From an uncultured Planctomycetaceae bacterium (lineage in GTDB: Bacteria > Planctomycetota > Phycisphaerae > SM23-33): 64,000 nt of DNA. The DNA lies in the NCBI GenBank assembly GCA_964642165.1, contig CAZXOC010000003.1, positions 784-64,783 of the forward strand. The letters run 5' to 3'. Shown piece by piece: positions 61,914 through 64,000 of the stretch (position 1 is the first letter of the stretch; the number at the start of each line of letters is the position of its first letter). The notes under the pieces are model-generated. The model saw only the letters and a list, made by a program, of their open reading frames with translations, was not told the DNA's origin and searched no databases. A program made the position numbers and the translations under genes.

Positions 61914-64000
61914 TCAGAAGGCGGCCTTCCCTTTCTCCTCCGAGGAGACCACCCTCGGCTTGATGAGCAGCAGCGTCTCGTCGCCGCGGCGTGCGGCATC
62001 GGCCTGGCCCCAGTCGGGCAGGCCGCGCAGCGCAAAGGTCGCCCCGTCCCGGACGCGAACGGTCGTGCAGACCTGCCGGGTCTCGATCGTCGGGAGGGCG
62101 AGCTTCAGCCCGGTGTCCGTTCCATCCGGCGCGCGGTAGGGCGGCCGCTCGACGCCGACCACCCTCGACAGGGCCGGTTGCGCCAGCAGCGTCATGTACC
62201 GGCGATCGGGCGGGAGCGTGACCCGCACGGTCAGCTCCATGCCCACCATCGAGTGCTTCACGATCGGCTCGTAGGTCGTCTTGCCTTCCTTGTCGCGCCG
62301 GGCGGCATAGTCCGTGATGTAGGGGATCTCGCTGCCGACGGTGATGGTGGCCGGCTCGCCGTTCAGGACGATCACGCGCGGCGAGGAGAGCACGCGGACC
62401 TGCTTGTCCCGCTTCGCCTGGGCCACCAGCCGGCCGACCTGCTCGTCGGTCAGCATCGCCCAGCGGACGGCCAGCGGGCGCCGGACCGCCGATTCCGCCG
62501 TGCCGACGGCCCGTCCCTCCGCCGGCGAGCGCTTCGGCTCGGCGGGGAGCTTGAACTCCCTGCCGGGCGGGTCGAGGCCTTGCCACCTCGCCCCGATGGC
62601 GTCGAAGACCTTCGCCCGCGACGCGACGAACCTCGCGTCGATCAGGATCTGGAGACGGGCCGACCTCCGCAGGTTCCAGAGCGCCCGGGCGACCTTCCGG
62701 TGTCCGGCCGCCGTCTGCGTGACGATGACTTGGCCGTCGTGGGTCGTGAGGATGCCCGGACCGGCGGGCCTCCAGGCCTCCTCGCCGGCGGCCTCGCGGG
62801 CCGCGGCGACGAGTTCCGCCAGGCGCCGCCGCCCGGCCGCGCCTCCCGCCGCCGGACGGGTCTCCGCCGGGCTCGTCAGCAGGTCGACGACGTCGTAGAG
62901 CCGGGTGGTCAGCGTGGTGTCGTCCTCCGCCGGCGCCGGGGCCGGCGGCAGCGCCCCGCGCATCGCGCCGACCGTAAAGCCGTGCGGCAACGTCCCCTGT
63001 GGCGAATCGCAGCGGGCGTTGGTCAGGGCGGCGGCCGCCAGCAGCAGCATCACGGCGGTCCCCAGGATGCCGCGCCACCGCGAGGCGGGACGGAACGAGG
63101 CGATCATCTGGATTCTCCTTCGGATCTGCCGGGTGTCCTCGGCCACGCCGATGACGCCCGCTGGCCGCGCACGTCGCGCCGGGCTCGCCAGCAGCTCGAG
63201 GACGGTCTGCCCGTACGCCCGGGCGTCGCGGGCGCCGCGGCGCGCCAGGACGGTCTCGTCGCAGGCCGGCTCGCGGTCGCTCCGCATCCGCCGCAGCGCC
63301 AGCCACACCAGGGGGTTGAACCAGTGCACGGCGGCCAGCACGGCCGCCAGCCAGTCGATGGCGGCGTCGCCGCGCTTCACGTGCGCGAGCTCGTGACGCA
63401 AGACGTGGCGAAGCTGCGGCTCGGTCAGGGCCTCGCCCAGGCCCGGCGGCAGCAGCAGTCTCGTCCGGAGCAGCCCGAACAGCGCGGGGGTCCGGACCGC
63501 GTCCGTCTCGACCGCCTCCACGCGCCGGCGCACGTGCATCTCCGCCCGGCAGCTCGCCAGGACGGAGAGCAGCTCCCGCGGCGGGCGACGCGAGCTGCGC
63601 CGCAGCCGCCGGTGGAACCGCACGTTGCACGCCAGCAGCCTCAGGAGCAGCGCCGCGGCCCCCGCGCCCCACAAGATCATCAGCGCCCCGACGAGCTGCG
63701 GCCGCCACGCTCCGCCCGCATGGTGGCGCGGAACTTGGGCGGCGGGGGCGGGGGCAAAGCCCCCCAGCGGCAGACGGCCTGCCCGCACGGTCACCGGCTC
63801 GCCCGTGCCTGTCGCCGCGCTTCCCGGTGCGGCATCGCCGTGCGCCGCGCCCAGGTGGGCCAGCGCCGCCTCCGTCAGGTTGGACAGGCTCCACGAGGCC
63901 CCCGGGGCGGCCGGCAGCACCAGCCGCACCCACACCAGCAGCCACAGCGCGTGCCGCCACCGCGCCGAGCCTCGCCGCCCGAGCAGGCCCTGCGCCGCCA
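61914..64000 (-). CDS. Second M56-family (BlaR1-like) peptidase fused to a C-terminal secretin-like domain; 5' end beyond the window
   Basis: ..QGLLGRRGSARWRHALWLLVWVRLVLP.. (TM region) continues to the window edge. HELAHVKRGD zinc motif. C-terminus QVRVLSSPRVIVLNGEPATITVGSEIPYITDY...ETLLLIKPRVV resembles the secretin (GspD/PilQ) C-terminal domain. Stop at 61914-61916. Confidence 0.6.
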   Translation of the reverse strand, partial: AAQGLLGRRGSARWRHALWLLVWVRLVLPAAPGASWSLSNLTEAALAHLGAAHGDAAPGSAATGTGEPVTVRAGRLPLGGFAPAPAAQVPRHHAGGAWRPQLVGALMILWGAGAAALLLRLLACNVRFHRRLRRSSRRPPRELLSVLASCRAEMHVRRRVEAVETDAVRTPALFGLLRTRLLLPPGLGEALTEPQLRHVLRHELAHVKRGDAAIDWLAAVLAAVHWFNPLVWLALRRMRSDREPACDETVLARRGARDARAYGQTVLELLASPARRARPAGVIGVAEDTRQIRRRIQMIASFRPASRWRGILGTAVMLLLAAAALTNARCDSPQGTLPHGFTVGAMRGALPPAPAPAEDDTTLTTRLYDVVDLLTSPAETRPAAGGAAGRRRLAELVAAAREAAGEEAWRPAGPGILTTHDGQVIVTQTAAGHRKVARALWNLRRSARLQILIDARFVASRAKVFDAIGARWQGLDPPGREFKLPAEPKRSPAEGRAVGTAESAVRRPLAVRWAMLTDEQVGRLVAQAKRDKQVRVLSSPRVIVLNGEPATITVGSEIPYITDYAARRDKEGKTTYEPIVKHSMVGMELTVRVTLPPDRRYMTLLAQPALSRVVGVERPPYRAPDGTDTGLKLALPTIETRQVCTTVRVRDGATFALRGLPDWGQADAARRGDETLLLIKPRVVSSEEKGKAAF

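Noticed and set aside
58610-62035. 70-codon N-terminal extension of the M56 fusion protein (MRCAACPTG...)
   Set aside because: A strong AGGAG RBS precedes the internal ATG at 61825 (MADLWDYS...), which begins the canonical M56 TM topology. The extension overlaps the upstream M56 gene's 3' end.
61885-63960. 691-aa alternative-frame ORF and other long antisense ORFs (19901-22828, 48160-50193, 54103-58536, 54264-58007, 42038-44950)
   Set aside because: All are Arg/Gly/Ala/Pro-rich, lack motifs, and overlap genes with clear domain signatures on the other strand or frame. They are high-GC artefacts.

Overview
This 64-kb window is very GC-rich (about 68-72%) and densely coding, and looks like a Planctomycetota-like chromosome segment. 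Reasons for that lineage call: Tat signal peptides, tandem formylglycine-type sulfatases, DUF1559-like and DUF4159-like modules, many M56 (BlaR1-like) membrane-peptidase fusions, ECF sigma cassettes and PQQ-type beta-propellers. The very high GC makes the six-frame ORF track full of long spurious antisense ORFs (for example a 1685-aa one). Genes were called by recognisable protein signatures, signal peptides, RBS/start context and tight operon spacing rather than by length. Housekeeping content includes the C-terminal end of a FAD-dependent oxidoreductase, trxB, murA, an ilvBN operon preceded by a Val/Leu-rich leader peptide plus hairpin (attenuator-like), a nucleoside hydrolase, prmC, two sulfatases and a Gfo/Idh/MocA oxidoreductase. 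Accessory content includes a MoxR ATPase next to DUF3592 and three paralogous prenyltransferase-repeat proteins with DUF4159-like tails, two ECF-sigma cassettes driving large secreted proteins, a PAS histidine kinase with two receiver-only response regulators, and two tandem M56 peptidase fusions (one with 3xSTN plus an HlyD-like adaptor domain, one with a secretin-like C-terminus). The most interesting element is a tightly packed, co-directional 12-gene cluster on the minus strand (30413-40775) behind a near-consensus promoter with an overlapping palindromic operator. Its gene order is DUF134 regulator, NifX-like, DUF89, DUF5320, NifX-like with a (GGGMGR)n tail, two MinD/CooC-like ATPases with 4Fe-4S inserts, an Mrp/ApbC-NifX fusion, an FmdB zinc ribbon, a radical SAM protein, a CbbQ/NorQ-like AAA+ ATPase and a CbbO/NorD-like VWA protein. 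This looks like an uncharacterised metallocofactor assembly/insertion system with no obvious client enzyme in the window. No rRNA, tRNA, CRISPR array or obvious transposase was found. Coordinates of start codons are best estimates (+/- a few nt; some alternative starts are noted).
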